A DNA stretch of 63,040 nt, counting the filler. It is 4 parts of 4 records of this genome, joined end to end, with 100 filler letters (N's around TTAATTAATTAA, not from the genome) between each part and the next. Parts side by side here need not be neighbours in the genome. Positions count along the whole stretch, not along the records: positions 1 to 14,480 come from DRR378314_298; positions 14,581 to 40,774 come from DRR378314_303; 2 more parts are not named here. One strand, written 5' to 3'. The translations under genes and the position numbers were made by a program. Under the pieces are notes generated by a model, which was not told where the DNA came from, made no database searches, and saw only the letters and a program-made list of their open reading frames with translations. The number at the start of each line of letters is the position of its first letter. Within the stretch, counting starts at the first letter, position 1. Below are positions 8,761 to 19,323 of the stretch, piece by piece.

Positions 8761-10707
8761 ATGATCGCACTGCGCCAAGTCGCCCTGCAACGGGGTACAC
8801 AAACGCTACTCGATAACGCTGACCTTACGCTCCACAGCGGTATAAAGGCAGGCATTATCGGGGCAAACGGCGCCGGTAAGTCGAGCTTATTCAAACTTCT
8901 GCTAGGCGAGCTCGGCCCCGACCAGGGCGACGTTGAGATGAGCGGCGGTCAGCGTATAGCCCACATGGCCCAGGAAGTTGAAGCGCTAGATCGTCCCATT
9001 GTGGAGTACGTGCTGGATGGCGATTATGCGCTGCGACAAGCGGAGGCTGATCTACTCGCCGCGCGCGAAGCAGACGATGCGCATCGGGAAGCCGAGTTGC
9101 ATGGGCTTATCGAAACCCTGGATGGCTACACGGCAGAATCGCGGGCATCGCAGCTGCTGGTAGGGCTCGGATTTGTGCAAACGGATCTTAAGCGGCCTTT
9201 GTCAGATTTCTCCGGTGGCTGGCGTATGCGGGTGAACCTAGCCCGCACGCTGTTTATGCCTTCCGACTTACTACTGCTTGATGAGCCGACCAACCACCTG
9301 GATCTCGATGCCCTGCTTTGGCTAGAACAGTGGCTAACCCGCTACCCAGGCACGTTACTGCTGATTTCTCATGACCGCGACTTTCTGGATGCCGTGTGTG
9401 ATCACATTGTGCATATGCATCACCAAACACTCGAGCTTTACCGCGGCAACTACTCTCGCTTTGAGCGCACGCGGGCTGAAAAACTCGCTCTGCAGCAAGC
9501 AGAAGCAGCCAAACAGCAGGCTCGCCGCGAAGAAATTGAGCGCTTTATAGCGCGTTTTCGCGCCCAGGCAACCAAAGCAAAGCAGGCGCAAAGTCGTGTG
9601 AAAATGCTGGAGCGTATGGGGGATATCGCTGTTGCTCATACAGATTCGCCTTTTCACTTCACGCTGCCTGCCGCAGATAAGACCTCACATCCGCTGCTTG
9701 TGCTTGACCAAGCGACCCTTGGCTATCGCAGCGAAGCAGGTGATGTCGCGCAGTTAGAGAAGGTCAACATTACGTTATTACCCGGTAGCCGCATCGGTCT
9801 GTTAGGCCCCAACGGCGCGGGCAAATCGACATTGATCAAATCACTGACCGGTGAGCTTGCGCTGCTAGAGGGCAAGCGCGTACCAGGCGAGCATTTAGCC
9901 ATTGGCTATTTTGCCCAGCACCAGCTGGAAAGCTTGGACGTGACAACGACGCCATTTGTACATGTGCAACGGCTCTCTCCCACGGCCAGTGACCAGGAAA
10001 TTCGCAACTTCCTAGGTGGCTTTGGCTTTAAAGGCGATGACGCCTTTGGCGAAGTTGGTACTTACTCTGGCGGTGAAAAAGCGCGCTTGGCACTCGCGTT
10101 GGTCGCCTGGCAGAAACCCAACCTGCTGCTGCTCGATGAGCCAACCAACCACTTGGACTTAGAAATGCGCGAGGCGCTCACCGAGGCGCTGGCAAGTTTT
10201 GAGGGCACGGTCATTCTGGTGTCTCACGACCGGCATTTATTGCGTGCCACGGTTGATGAATTCTGGCGGGTAGCCGACCATCGTGTTGAACCCTTTGATG
10301 GCGATCTCGATGACTATCGGGCATGGCTAAAGGCGCGCTTGGAAGAGGGCAGGCGCGATGCGCGTAGCGAAAAAAGCGAACGCCAAAGTCAGCAGCCTAG
10401 CGGTGACCGCAAAGCCGCTCGCAAGGCAGCAGCAGAACTACGCGAGAAGCTGCGACCACTGAAAAAAGCGCGCGATCAAGCTGAAAAAACTATGGAGAAA
10501 ACCCAGCAGGCGCTTGAAGAAGTAGAGGCTATTTTGGCTGACCCGACGCTTTATACCGACAGCGCTCGTAAAGCAGAACTGACCGAAGCACTTGCCCAAC
10601 AGGCGAAAATCAAAAGCCGCTTGGACACCAGCGAGCAGCAGTGGCTCGCCGCCGAGGAAGCGCTGGAAACAATGGAGGCAGAGTTATTAGCCAGCGAAGA
10701 TGCCTAA
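8761..10707 (+). CDS. yheS: ABC-F family ATPase (YheS-like)
   Basis: Two ABC domains (GANGAGKS and GPNGAGKS; FSGGWRMR and YSGGEKAR; LLLDEPTNHLD twice), no TM segments, C-terminal coiled coil. Confidence 0.85.
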   Translation: MIALRQVALQRGTQTLLDNADLTLHSGIKAGIIGANGAGKSSLFKLLLGELGPDQGDVEMSGGQRIAHMAQEVEALDRPIVEYVLDGDYALRQAEADLLAAREADDAHREAELHGLIETLDGYTAESRASQLLVGLGFVQTDLKRPLSDFSGGWRMRVNLARTLFMPSDLLLLDEPTNHLDLDALLWLEQWLTRYPGTLLLISHDRDFLDAVCDHIVHMHHQTLELYRGNYSRFERTRAEKLALQQAEAAKQQARREEIERFIARFRAQATKAKQAQSRVKMLERMGDIAVAHTDSPFHFTLPAADKTSHPLLVLDQATLGYRSEAGDVAQLEKVNITLLPGSRIGLLGPNGAGKSTLIKSLTGELALLEGKRVPGEHLAIGYFAQHQLESLDVTTTPFVHVQRLSPTASDQEIRNFLGGFGFKGDDAFGEVGTYSGGEKARLALALVAWQKPNLLLLDEPTNHLDLEMREALTEALASFEGTVILVSHDRHLLRATVDEFWRVADHRVEPFDGDLDDYRAWLKARLEEGRRDARSEKSERQSQQPSGDRKAARKAAAELREKLRPLKKARDQAEKTMEKTQQALEEVEAILADPTLYTDSARKAELTEALAQQAKIKSRLDTSEQQWLAAEEALETMEAELLASEDA

Positions 10708-10757
10708 CCCTTGGCTAACCAATTCGGGCTGCTTTGAATCTAGTCGGATTAAGTCGC

Positions 10758-11195
10758 TTAGCTCTCAAGCATGAACGTTACCGGCCCATCGTTAACTAAC
10801 GCCACTTGCATATCAGCGCCAAATTGGCCGGTTGCAACGTTGGGCCAGGCAGCGGATGCCTGAGCCACCAAATAGTCAAACAGGCGCTCGCCTTCAGCAG
10901 GTGGTGCCGCGCTAGAGAAGCTGGGGCGCAAACCTTTGCGAGTATCAGCGGCCAGCGTAAACTGTGATACCAGCAGTAAGCCCCCGCTAGCCTGCTGAAG
11001 GTTATGATTCATTTTGCCTTCTTGGTCACTGAAAACGCGGTAGTGCAGCAGCTTATGCAGTAGTTTTTCAGCATCGGCCTCACTGTCGCCCTTTTCAACG
11101 CCCACTAAAGCCAAAAGACCATGGTCAATGGCCCCCACCATCTTACCTTCGACCGCCACGCTGGCGTTTTTTACCCGCTGAATCAGTGCCTTCAC
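10758..11195 (-). CDS. dtd: D-aminoacyl-tRNA deacylase
   Basis: MKALIQRV, SQFTL, RPSF and NDGPVT signature motifs. Confidence 0.97.
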   Translation of the reverse strand: MKALIQRVKNASVAVEGKMVGAIDHGLLALVGVEKGDSEADAEKLLHKLLHYRVFSDQEGKMNHNLQQASGGLLLVSQFTLAADTRKGLRPSFSSAAPPAEGERLFDYLVAQASAAWPNVATGQFGADMQVALVNDGPVTFMLES

Positions 11196-11332
11196 TCTTG
11201 CCCCTTACGATATCATCCCAACAAGGGGCAGTGTAATCGCTGGCATAGGCTTGAGACAAAGCCTTGTTTGGATTAGCTCTATCCCAGTAGCGAATCGCGA
11301 AAACCGCCTAAATAAAGGTTCCCATACAACAA

Positions 11333-12178
11333 CTACCAGGAGCGACATAGCATGAGGTCGCAGTGAGGTTCACCTAACAACATTTCAGTCACCTGACTGG
11401 TGTGTTGAGGCTGGCCACGGCTACCAATAATCACCAAATCGGGAGTGTGTCGCTTCATATAATCTTGAAGTACATCACAGGGCTGCCCTGGTTCGAGCAC
11501 CAGCTCGATATCGGGGACACCGTCAAGATCGCGCATCAAGCTCTCAATCTCGTTATCCAGCGTTCTGCGTAAACGTTCTACTTCGTGATCTCGCCACTGG
11601 GCAAAATTAGCCTGGGAGCCCAGCTCACGCTCACCAGGTAAGCTCCAGGCATGCAGTAGCGTCAACGTCGCTTCTGGAAAGCGAATGAGTGCTTCCCTGA
11701 GTGTTTGCCGAGCAGTCAGCGAAAAATCGATCGGCACCAGGATATGCTGCCAAGGCTGCGTCGGTAGATAAGAGGCAACCACCACCGGACAAGGCGCACT
11801 TCTCATCACGCGCATCACAGTGGTTCCCAAAAGAAGATCTTTCTGACCGCGCTTACGGTGCATGCCCATAATAATTAACGAGGCATTACGTTCGTGGGCT
11901 TCTCGCACAATTTCAACATGCGGCTCCCCCACAACGGTTTGAATAAGCAGCGAAGGCGCTTCCAGCGCGTAATCTTCGCGCAGGTCGGTCAATGTGGCAC
12001 TGATATCTTCGTTAACCGCGCTTTCAACGTCGTGAAGAACACGGTGGGGCAAGTAAGGGTCAAGGACGTGAAGAATGTCGAGCTGCGCCCCCTGGGCATA
12101 GGCCAGCCGAAGAGCGCGAGCAAACGCAGCGCGGTTATCCTGAGAAAGGTCCGTGGCAAACAGCAGCGTGCGAGACAT
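11333..12178 (-). CDS. Tandem-domain universal stress protein
   Basis: Two USP repeats (LFATDLS...LLGTT and LVPIDFS...IGSRG). Confidence 0.85.
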   Translation of the reverse strand: MSRTLLFATDLSQDNRAAFARALRLAYAQGAQLDILHVLDPYLPHRVLHDVESAVNEDISATLTDLREDYALEAPSLLIQTVVGEPHVEIVREAHERNASLIIMGMHRKRGQKDLLLGTTVMRVMRSAPCPVVVASYLPTQPWQHILVPIDFSLTARQTLREALIRFPEATLTLLHAWSLPGERELGSQANFAQWRDHEVERLRRTLDNEIESLMRDLDGVPDIELVLEPGQPCDVLQDYMKRHTPDLVIIGSRGQPQHTSQVTEMLLGEPHCDLMLCRSW

Positions 12179-12334
12179 GGCACAACTCCCTGGCCGATCA
12201 AGTCGGCACCGTCAGTAACACGTGAGATAGCCAAACAGGCAATGTTCAGCATGGTGTCCGTTGGCGCATACTGCAAGGTGTGACTTACTTTTTCCACTGC
12301 TGCTCGGCACGTTTATGGCGCTAGGTCATTTACA

Positions 12335-13165
12335 TCACCACCACGCATGAAAGTGGTGCACCGGCCCACGCCCATGACCGACACTTAGCCGAGTGCTCGC
12401 TTCTAATGCAGCATGTAGCCACAACTTGGCTTCACCAATCGCTTGCTTAGGTGCGCTTGGCGCCGCATCGGCGGGTAGTTTTGCTAGACACGCAGTGATC
12501 GCAGACGAGAGAGCACAGCCCGTGCCGTGCAGGTTGTCAGTGTCAATACGCGAGGCAGGAAGCCATGTGTGGCCGTCCGGGGTTGCCAGTAAGTCAGGAC
12601 AGGTATCTCCGCGCAGGTGCCCACCTTTCAGCACCACATAAGGCGCGCCCAACTCAATTAGCGCTGGCAGCATCGCTTCCATGTCATCCAGCGAATTCGG
12701 TGACTCGGCATCTAACAGAACAGCAGCTTCAGGCAAATTGGGCGTAATTACGTCAGCCAACGGTACCAATATATCGCGCACGGCACGAATGCCTGCGTCA
12801 TCGACCAGAATATCACCGCTTTTGGCCACCATTACCGGGTCCAGCACGATCCAGCGGGGGCGGTTTTGCCGCAATACGTCAGCGATTACTTCGGCAACCT
12901 CCCGGCTGGCGACCATGCCAATTTTAACGGCGTCTAATGCCACATCATTTATCAGGTTTTCTAACTGCTCGCGAATAGCGTGAGGCGAAACCGGATACAC
13001 GGAAGCCACACCACAGGTATTTTGAGCGATGACAGCAGTGATGACATTGGTGCCGTAGACACCCAGCGCCGAAAAAGTTTTCAGATCACCCTGCAAGCCA
13101 GCACCACCAGAGGGGTCAGACCCTGCAATGGTCAGTACATTGCGAAGGCGGGAATCGTTGGACAT
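12335..13165 (-). CDS. thiD: Hydroxymethylpyrimidine/phosphomethylpyrimidine kinase
   Basis: IAGSDPSGGAGLQGDLK, LDPVMVAKSGD, HGTGC and GRGPVHH motifs. Confidence 0.95.
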   Translation of the reverse strand: MSNDSRLRNVLTIAGSDPSGGAGLQGDLKTFSALGVYGTNVITAVIAQNTCGVASVYPVSPHAIREQLENLINDVALDAVKIGMVASREVAEVIADVLRQNRPRWIVLDPVMVAKSGDILVDDAGIRAVRDILVPLADVITPNLPEAAVLLDAESPNSLDDMEAMLPALIELGAPYVVLKGGHLRGDTCPDLLATPDGHTWLPASRIDTDNLHGTGCALSSAITACLAKLPADAAPSAPKQAIGEAKLWLHAALEASTRLSVGHGRGPVHHFHAWW

Positions 13166-13237
13166 GGTGTTCCTTAATTAACGGTTCAGTCGTGTTCTAA
13201 AATACCCAAATACAACGCCAAACAGGGCTTCTTAACC

Positions 13238-13268
13238 AAAACAATGGCCGCCTAAGAGGCAGCCATTG
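13238..13268 (-). terminator. Rho-independent terminator after the TRAP SBP gene
   Basis: CAATGGCCGCCT/AGGCAGCCATTG stem with a minus-strand U-tract. Confidence 0.6.
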
Positions 13269-13321
13269 CGTGTTCAACGAGAGTAGTATGCTAATAGTAT
13301 AGCTACATCGCTATTGAGCCG

Positions 13322-14431
13322 TTACTGCGTTGTGTCACCTTCTGGATTACGTGCGTTGTAGTATGCCTGCTCAGAAATCGCATGATAGTTTCCGACCTTA
13401 TCCTGGAAGGTACGGTACGACTCATAAATCCGTGTGCCCAGCTCGCTTGATTCAGCCAATTCAGCAATAACGTCTTCTGAATGCTCACGGGCCTGAGCCA
13501 ACACGTCGTCAGGAATACGGCGCAGTTCAACCTCATGCTCGTTGACCAACGTCTCCAACGCATCGTTATTACGCGCGGTGTATTCATCAAGCACGTTTGC
13601 ATTAATATCGCGCACTGCGGTCGTCAAAATAGCCTGTAAATCAGCGGGCAATTCGGCTAAGGCTTCTTCGTTGACGATGGTTTCAAACATCACCGTCGGC
13701 TCGTGCCAGCCAGGATAGTAGTAATAATCGGCAGCCTGATGCAGACCGAACGCTAAATCATTATAGGGGCCAATCCATTCCGTCGCATCAATGGCACCTG
13801 ACTGAAGTGATGTGAAGATTTCGCCACCCGGCATGTTAACAATCGCGACGCCCATACGGCTCATCACTTCACCACCTAAGCCTGGCATACGCATTTTCAG
13901 GCCATCAAGGTCCTCAATCGAATTGATTTCCTTGTTATACCAGCCACCCATTTGCACGCCAGAAGCACCCGCCACCATGACATCCACACCAAAAGGCTCG
14001 TAAACTTCGTTCCACAACTCCATGCCACCGCCAAAATGCAGCCAGGCATTCATTTCCTGTGCGTTCATGCCAAACGGCACGGCAGCGAAGAACTGTGCTT
14101 CAGGGGCTTTGCCCTTCCAGTAATAAGAAGCAGAGTGGCCAAGCTCAGCAGTGCCGTCAGACACAGCATCAAAGACCTCAAACCCAGGTACCAACTGGCC
14201 AGCGCCAAACACTTCAATGGTCAGGCGACCATCGGACATCTCGTCCACCAGTTGCGCGAGCCGCTCAGGACCCTGCCCCACACCTGGGAAGTTCTTCGGC
14301 CAGGAAGTGACCATTTTCCAGCGGAAATTTTCTTGTGCCTGAGCTTGATTATCAAAACTTGAAACCACCAGCAAACTAGTGGATAGAGCGGTTGTCATCG
14401 CAATGGCGACAGGTAAAGCATTGGCTTTCAT
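13322..14431 (-). CDS. TRAP transporter substrate-binding protein (TakP/keto-acid type)
   Basis: WKMVTSWPKNFPG, GHSASYYWKGK, KMRMPGLGG and YYYPGWHEP motifs. Confidence 0.88.
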   Translation of the reverse strand: MKANALPVAIAMTTALSTSLLVVSSFDNQAQAQENFRWKMVTSWPKNFPGVGQGPERLAQLVDEMSDGRLTIEVFGAGQLVPGFEVFDAVSDGTAELGHSASYYWKGKAPEAQFFAAVPFGMNAQEMNAWLHFGGGMELWNEVYEPFGVDVMVAGASGVQMGGWYNKEINSIEDLDGLKMRMPGLGGEVMSRMGVAIVNMPGGEIFTSLQSGAIDATEWIGPYNDLAFGLHQAADYYYYPGWHEPTVMFETIVNEEALAELPADLQAILTTAVRDINANVLDEYTARNNDALETLVNEHEVELRRIPDDVLAQAREHSEDVIAELAESSELGTRIYESYRTFQDKVGNYHAISEQAYYNARNPEGDTTQ

Positions 14432-14480
14432 ACATTAACCCTCTTGCTTCTATTATTACTGTTATAGGTAGGAGAAGGCC

Positions 14481-14580
14481 NNNNNNNNNNNNNNNNNNNN
14501 NNNNNNNNNNNNNNNNNNNNNNNNTTAATTAATTAANNNNNNNNNNNNNNNNNNNNNNNNNNNNNNNNNNNNNNNNNNNN
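14481..14580. other. Artificial contig spacer
   Basis: N-run/TTAATTAATTAA (stops in all six frames)/N-run, 100 nt. Confidence 0.98.
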
Positions 14581-14585
14581 CCGCC

Positions 14586-15770
14586 ATGCAGGCTCCGGCC
14601 GATATGCAGGCGATCGAGCCCGGTCTCTACCGCGGCACCTTTGAACCCGCCATGGACGGTAGTTGGCCGCTGACTCTAAAGATTGAGGCGCCGGGTATGC
14701 CAGCTCGGCAAATCAGCTTTGATTTGGCCGTCGGTCGCGAAGGCCTCCAACTGGCCTCCGGTGCCAGCCGAACCGACGGTGGCGGCATGGCCGAGGAGGC
14801 ACCACCGGGTACGGTGACCCTGGACAATCGTCGTCGCCAGTTGATCGGTGTGGAAACCGCCGAGGCACAAACCTTGGCTATGACCCGCGCCATCCGCGCG
14901 GAAGGGCGGATTGCCTACGACGATACCCAACTGGCGGACGTCAGCCTCAAGTTTGATGCCTGGGTCGGCGAGCTCTACGCCGATTACGTGGGGGTTTACG
15001 TGGAAAAGGGAGAGCCCCTGTTTACCGTTTATGGTCCGGCGCTGCTCGCCGCTCAGCAGGAGTATCTGCAGTTGAAGCGCCGCAGTGGCGCCTCACAAAC
15101 TTTGGTGACCGCCGCTCGAAAACGGCTTGCACTGTGGGACATGACCGACGCGGAAATCACCACCCTGGAAAAACGAGGAGAGCCCCTCGATTACGTCACC
15201 ATGCACGCGCCCATCAGTGGCACAGTGGTGGCCAAGAATGTGGTGGAAGGGACCGCCCACAAGGCCGGGATGACGCTTTTGCGTATTGCCGATCTCTCCC
15301 AGGTCTGGGTGGAGGCCGATATCTACGAGGGCGAACTGCCCCTGGTGACGGAGGGCATGCCCGTTACCGTGACGCTTCCTTATCTGCCCGGTGAACAGTT
15401 TGAGGGCCAAGTGGACTACATTTACCCCTATTTGGACGACGTCAGCCGTACGGGGCGAGTGCGCCTTAGCGTCGCTAACCCTGAAGGTCGTCTCAAGCCC
15501 AATATGTACGCCGAAGTGAAGCTTAAGGCCGATCTTGGGCAGCGAGTGGCCGTGCCGGAAGAGGCGGTAATTATCGCGGGTGAACTGCGTGTGGTGTTCG
15601 AGGACCTGGGAGAGGGTCGGCTGGCACCGCGCAAAGTGCAAACCGGTCAACGGGCCGGCGGTTACATCGAAATCATCGAGGGGGTCGAGGCGGGTGACCG
15701 CGTGGTCACCTCCGGTAACTTCCTGATCGCCTCCGAGAGCCGACTCAAAGGAGGCATGGAGCAATGGTAA
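14586..15770 (+). CDS. CusB-like RND periplasmic adaptor with N-terminal YtkA/FixH-like segment (5' truncated by gap)
   Basis: APISGTV, IADLSQVWVEADIYE, RLKPNMY and VVTSGNFLIASES motifs; overlaps the cusA-like start. Confidence 0.88.
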   Translation: MQAPADMQAIEPGLYRGTFEPAMDGSWPLTLKIEAPGMPARQISFDLAVGREGLQLASGASRTDGGGMAEEAPPGTVTLDNRRRQLIGVETAEAQTLAMTRAIRAEGRIAYDDTQLADVSLKFDAWVGELYADYVGVYVEKGEPLFTVYGPALLAAQQEYLQLKRRSGASQTLVTAARKRLALWDMTDAEITTLEKRGEPLDYVTMHAPISGTVVAKNVVEGTAHKAGMTLLRIADLSQVWVEADIYEGELPLVTEGMPVTVTLPYLPGEQFEGQVDYIYPYLDDVSRTGRVRLSVANPEGRLKPNMYAEVKLKADLGQRVAVPEEAVIIAGELRVVFEDLGEGRLAPRKVQTGQRAGGYIEIIEGVEAGDRVVTSGNFLIASESRLKGGMEQW

Positions 15771-18700
15771 ACGACGTACATAAGCATCCGCCCGCTCATC
15801 CCCCGGCCGAAGGGGAGGGGATTGGCTGGTTGCAGCGAATTATTGGCTATTGTGCCCGCAAACCCCTGATTACCTTGGTGGCCGTGCTTGCCCTGACCTT
15901 TGGCGGCTGGCAGGCGTTACAGCGGGCACCGTTGGATGCTATCCCTGACCTGTCAGATGTGCAGGTGATTGTCTTCACCGACTGGCCCGGGCGCAGCCCG
16001 GACCTGGTGGAGGACCAGATCACCTATCCTCTGACCACCTCCTTGCTGTCTGCGCCGGGAGTAAACTATGTGCGCGGCCAGAGCATGTTCGGCCTGTCGT
16101 TTGTCTATGTGATTTTCGACGATGGCGTGGACATGTACTGGGCCCGCTCGCGGGTACTGGAGTACCTCAACGGTGCCGCCGCCGAGTTGCCGGAGGGGGT
16201 CACTCCGACTTTGGGGCCGGATGCTACGGGTGTCGGTTGGGTCTACCAATATGCACTGAGAGATACGTCTGGCAACCACAGCCTGGCGGATCTGCGCTCA
16301 CTGCAGGATTTCAATTTACGCTATGCCCTGGAAGCGGTTGAAGGGGTCGCCGAGGTGGCCTCCATCGGTGGGTTCCAGCGTGAATACCAGATCAGTCTCG
16401 ACCCGAACAAACTCGCCTCTTACGACATCCCCCTCAAACGGGTCACTGAGGCGGTTGGGGACTCCAACCAGGATGTAGGTGGACGCATTCTTGAGGTGGC
16501 AGGCCACGAGCAGTTTATTCGCGGGCGGGGTTATGTGAAGTCCGTAGCGGATCTGGAAACAGTGGTGTTAAAAACCACGGCTGAGGGTGTACCGATCACG
16601 GTAAAAGACGTCGGTCACGTGGCATTGGGACCGGCTATGCAGCGCGGTCAGGCGGAGCTGGACGGCGAGGGCGTAGCCGTGGGCGGTATTGCGGTAATGC
16701 GTTATGGCGAGAACGCCCTGGAAGTTATTGACAAGGTCAAGCAGCGCCTGGAAGAGATCAAGCCCGGGCTCCCTGAAGGTGTCGAAATTGTGCCGGTCTA
16801 TGATCGCTCGATTTTGATCAACGAAGCCGTTGACACGCTGACCTCGACACTGATTAAGGAGATCCTGATTGTCTCCCTGATTATCGGCGTTTTTCTGTTA
16901 CACGTGCGCTCTACGCTGGTGGCCGCGATTACTCTCCCGGTAGCGGTGCTGATGTCCTTCATCCCCATGTATTTTCAGGGGCTGACCGTCAACATCATGT
17001 CTTTGGGCGGCATTGCGGTGGCCATTGGCGCCATGCTGGATGCGGCGATTGTCATTATCGACAATATCCACAAACGGTTGGCCCGGTGGGAGAGTGACGA
17101 CGCCGACCCCGAGGAAAAGGCCAAGTCCCGACGGGACGTGATTATTGAGGCCATGCAGCAGGTAGGCCCCAGCATCTTTTTCTCGCTGGCAATCATCACC
17201 ATCTCCTTTATGCCGGTGTTCGTCCTGGAAGGCACAGAAGGGCGCATGTTCAAGCCTCTGGCTTTTACCAAGACCTATTCCATGGCATTTGCGGCGTTCC
17301 TGTCCATCACTCTGGTGCCGGCCCTCGCGGTATGGCTGATTCGCGGCAAGATCCGTGCTGATCGCAGTAAGTTGAACCAGTGGCTGGTGGCTGCGTACCG
17401 GCCTGTGGTGGCTTTCGCCGCGCGTTTTCGGTGGGGAGTCATCGTGGGAGCGGTGTTGCTATTGCTGATCACGATCATTCCCTTCCGGCAATTGGGCAAC
17501 GAGTTTATGCCACCTCTGAACGAGGGCTCGGTTCTCTTTATGCCCACCGCGCTGCCGGGAATGTCCATTTCCGAGGCCACCCAGACCATGCAGACTATGG
17601 ACCGGATCATTGCCGACATTCCCGAAGTGGAGCATGTTTTCGGCAAGGTTGGTCGCTCCACCAGCGCGACCGATCCCGCGCCGTTATCCATGGTGGAAAC
17701 GGTCATTACCTTGAAGCCGGAGGACCAGTGGCGCGAGGGCATGACGTGGGACGGTCTGATTCAGGAGATGGACTCGAAACTCAAGTTTCCGGGAATGCCC
17801 AATATTTTTTGGATGCCCATACAGACTCGCACCGAAATGCTCGCGACCGGTATTCGTTCAGCGTTGGGCATCAAGGTGTTTGGTCCGGACCTGGCCACTA
17901 TCGAAAAAACGGGCATCGCCATTGAAAAAGCGTTGCAGGAGGATGAGCGCACCGCCGATGCCACCCGCAGCGCCTTTGCCGAGCGCAGCACCGGTGGGTA
18001 CTTTCTGGATTTCACCGTCAACCGAAGTGCTGCGGCTCGCTTTGGCCTCAACGTTGGCGATGTGGAACGGGTGATCATGGCGGCCATGGGGGGGACTGTG
18101 GTGTCGCAAACCGTGGAGGGGCGCGAGCGCTACAACATCCTGGTGCGCTACGCCCGGGATTACCGCGACAACGTGGAAGCGCTGGAGCGAGTACTGGTGC
18201 CCACTCCTTCCGGGGAGCAGATTCCCATCGCCCAGGTGGCGGACATTGAGTTTCAAACCGGGCCGCCTTCCATTCGCAGTGAGGACGGGCAACTTGTGGG
18301 ATTCGTCTTTGTGGACGTCAAAAGCGAAGTCGGTATTGCCGATTATGTCGAACAGGCCAAGCAGGTGGTTGGCGACCAGGTCGATGTGCCGGACGGTTAT
18401 CGGCTGGCTTGGGCGGGGCAGTTCCAGTATTTTGAGCGGGCCAAAGCCAAACTCCAATTGCTGGTTCCGATCACGCTGTTCCTGATTTTCTTCATGCTCT
18501 TTATGCACCGAGGCTCCCTCGTAGAGACCCTGCTGGTGATGCTGAGTGTGCCCATTTCGCTGAGCGGGGCCGTCTGGCTGATGTGGTGGCTGGACTTTAA
18601 CCTCAGTGTCGCCGTCTGGGTGGGCATGATTGCCGTTGCGGGGCTCGCCGTGGAGCTCGGGTTGCTGATGATGGTGTATCTGGATATCGCCTGGCGGGAC

Positions 18701-18997
18701 AGGGAGGCCGAGCGCCGACTCAATACCCGTGGAGATATGACCGAAGTCGTCCAGAGCGGCGCCGGCCAACGCATCCGGCCCATGCTGATGACCGGGCTGT
18801 CGACCTTTATCGGGTTGGTGCCGATCCTGTTCGCCAGCGGTACCGGCGCGGACGTGATGCAGCGCATCGCCGCGCCCATGGTCGGCGGGGTGATTTCTGC
18901 CCTGTTGATGGTGCTGGTGGTATACCCGGCAATCTTCATGCTATGGCGGGGACGCGGTCTGCCCAAGGGGGCACCGACACCACCGCTGAAAACTTAA
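15764..18997 (+). CDS. cusA: CusA/CzcA family heavy-metal RND permease
   Basis: LDAIPDLSDVQVI, YWARSRVLEYL, LGPDATGVGW and GADVMQRIAAPMVGG, typical of the Cu/Ag CusA clade. Confidence 0.9.
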   Translation: MVNDVHKHPPAHPPAEGEGIGWLQRIIGYCARKPLITLVAVLALTFGGWQALQRAPLDAIPDLSDVQVIVFTDWPGRSPDLVEDQITYPLTTSLLSAPGVNYVRGQSMFGLSFVYVIFDDGVDMYWARSRVLEYLNGAAAELPEGVTPTLGPDATGVGWVYQYALRDTSGNHSLADLRSLQDFNLRYALEAVEGVAEVASIGGFQREYQISLDPNKLASYDIPLKRVTEAVGDSNQDVGGRILEVAGHEQFIRGRGYVKSVADLETVVLKTTAEGVPITVKDVGHVALGPAMQRGQAELDGEGVAVGGIAVMRYGENALEVIDKVKQRLEEIKPGLPEGVEIVPVYDRSILINEAVDTLTSTLIKEILIVSLIIGVFLLHVRSTLVAAITLPVAVLMSFIPMYFQGLTVNIMSLGGIAVAIGAMLDAAIVIIDNIHKRLARWESDDADPEEKAKSRRDVIIEAMQQVGPSIFFSLAIITISFMPVFVLEGTEGRMFKPLAFTKTYSMAFAAFLSITLVPALAVWLIRGKIRADRSKLNQWLVAAYRPVVAFAARFRWGVIVGAVLLLLITIIPFRQLGNEFMPPLNEGSVLFMPTALPGMSISEATQTMQTMDRIIADIPEVEHVFGKVGRSTSATDPAPLSMVETVITLKPEDQWREGMTWDGLIQEMDSKLKFPGMPNIFWMPIQTRTEMLATGIRSALGIKVFGPDLATIEKTGIAIEKALQEDERTADATRSAFAERSTGGYFLDFTVNRSAAARFGLNVGDVERVIMAAMGGTVVSQTVEGRERYNILVRYARDYRDNVEALERVLVPTPSGEQIPIAQVADIEFQTGPPSIRSEDGQLVGFVFVDVKSEVGIADYVEQAKQVVGDQVDVPDGYRLAWAGQFQYFERAKAKLQLLVPITLFLIFFMLFMHRGSLVETLLVMLSVPISLSGAVWLMWWLDFNLSVAVWVGMIAVAGLAVELGLLMMVYLDIAWRDREAERRLNTRGDMTEVVQSGAGQRIRPMLMTGLSTFIGLVPILFASGTGADVMQRIAAPMVGGVISALLMVLVVYPAIFMLWRGRGLPKGAPTPPLKT

Positions 18998-19086
18998 TGC
19001 GTCATCGCCGTCCGGTACCGATCCGTACTTTCGGTACCGGGCGGCGGTACTTTCGGTACTCTACTTACTTTAACTGGAGGCAACCC

Positions 19087-19323
19087 ATGAAAAATTTGAT
19101 GCGTTCATTTTTACTTTTAGCATTTACATTTCTGGCAAACACCGCCTTGGCTGCCGAACAAGCTTCGGCTGGGATGATGCAAGACTCCGGCATGATGGGC
19201 GCTGGTTTTATGTTGGCGTGTATCGTCTTGCTGATCCTGCTGTTCATTGCCTTGGTTCTGGCGATCCTGTCCATGATTAAGTACCTGTTCTTCAGTAAAT
19301 CCAAAAAAGGAGACCGTTCATGA
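19087..19323 (+). CDS. Small Met-rich membrane protein
   Basis: GGAGG RBS, signal-like N-terminus, GMMQDSGMMG and one TM helix; ATGA overlap with the next gene. Confidence 0.65.
   Translation: MKNLMRSFLLLAFTFLANTALAAEQASAGMMQDSGMMGAGFMLACIVLLILLFIALVLAILSMIKYLFFSKSKKGDRS

Noticed and set aside
13166-13321. Possible TPP riboswitch upstream of thiD
   Set aside because: The conserved GCTGAGA and ACCTG...AxxxxxGCGxAGG elements were not seen; only the upstream gene's terminator is present.
14525-14536. TTAATTAATTAA palindrome repeated three times in the window
   Set aside because: It is always centred in N-runs and provides stops in all six frames, so it is an assembly linker.
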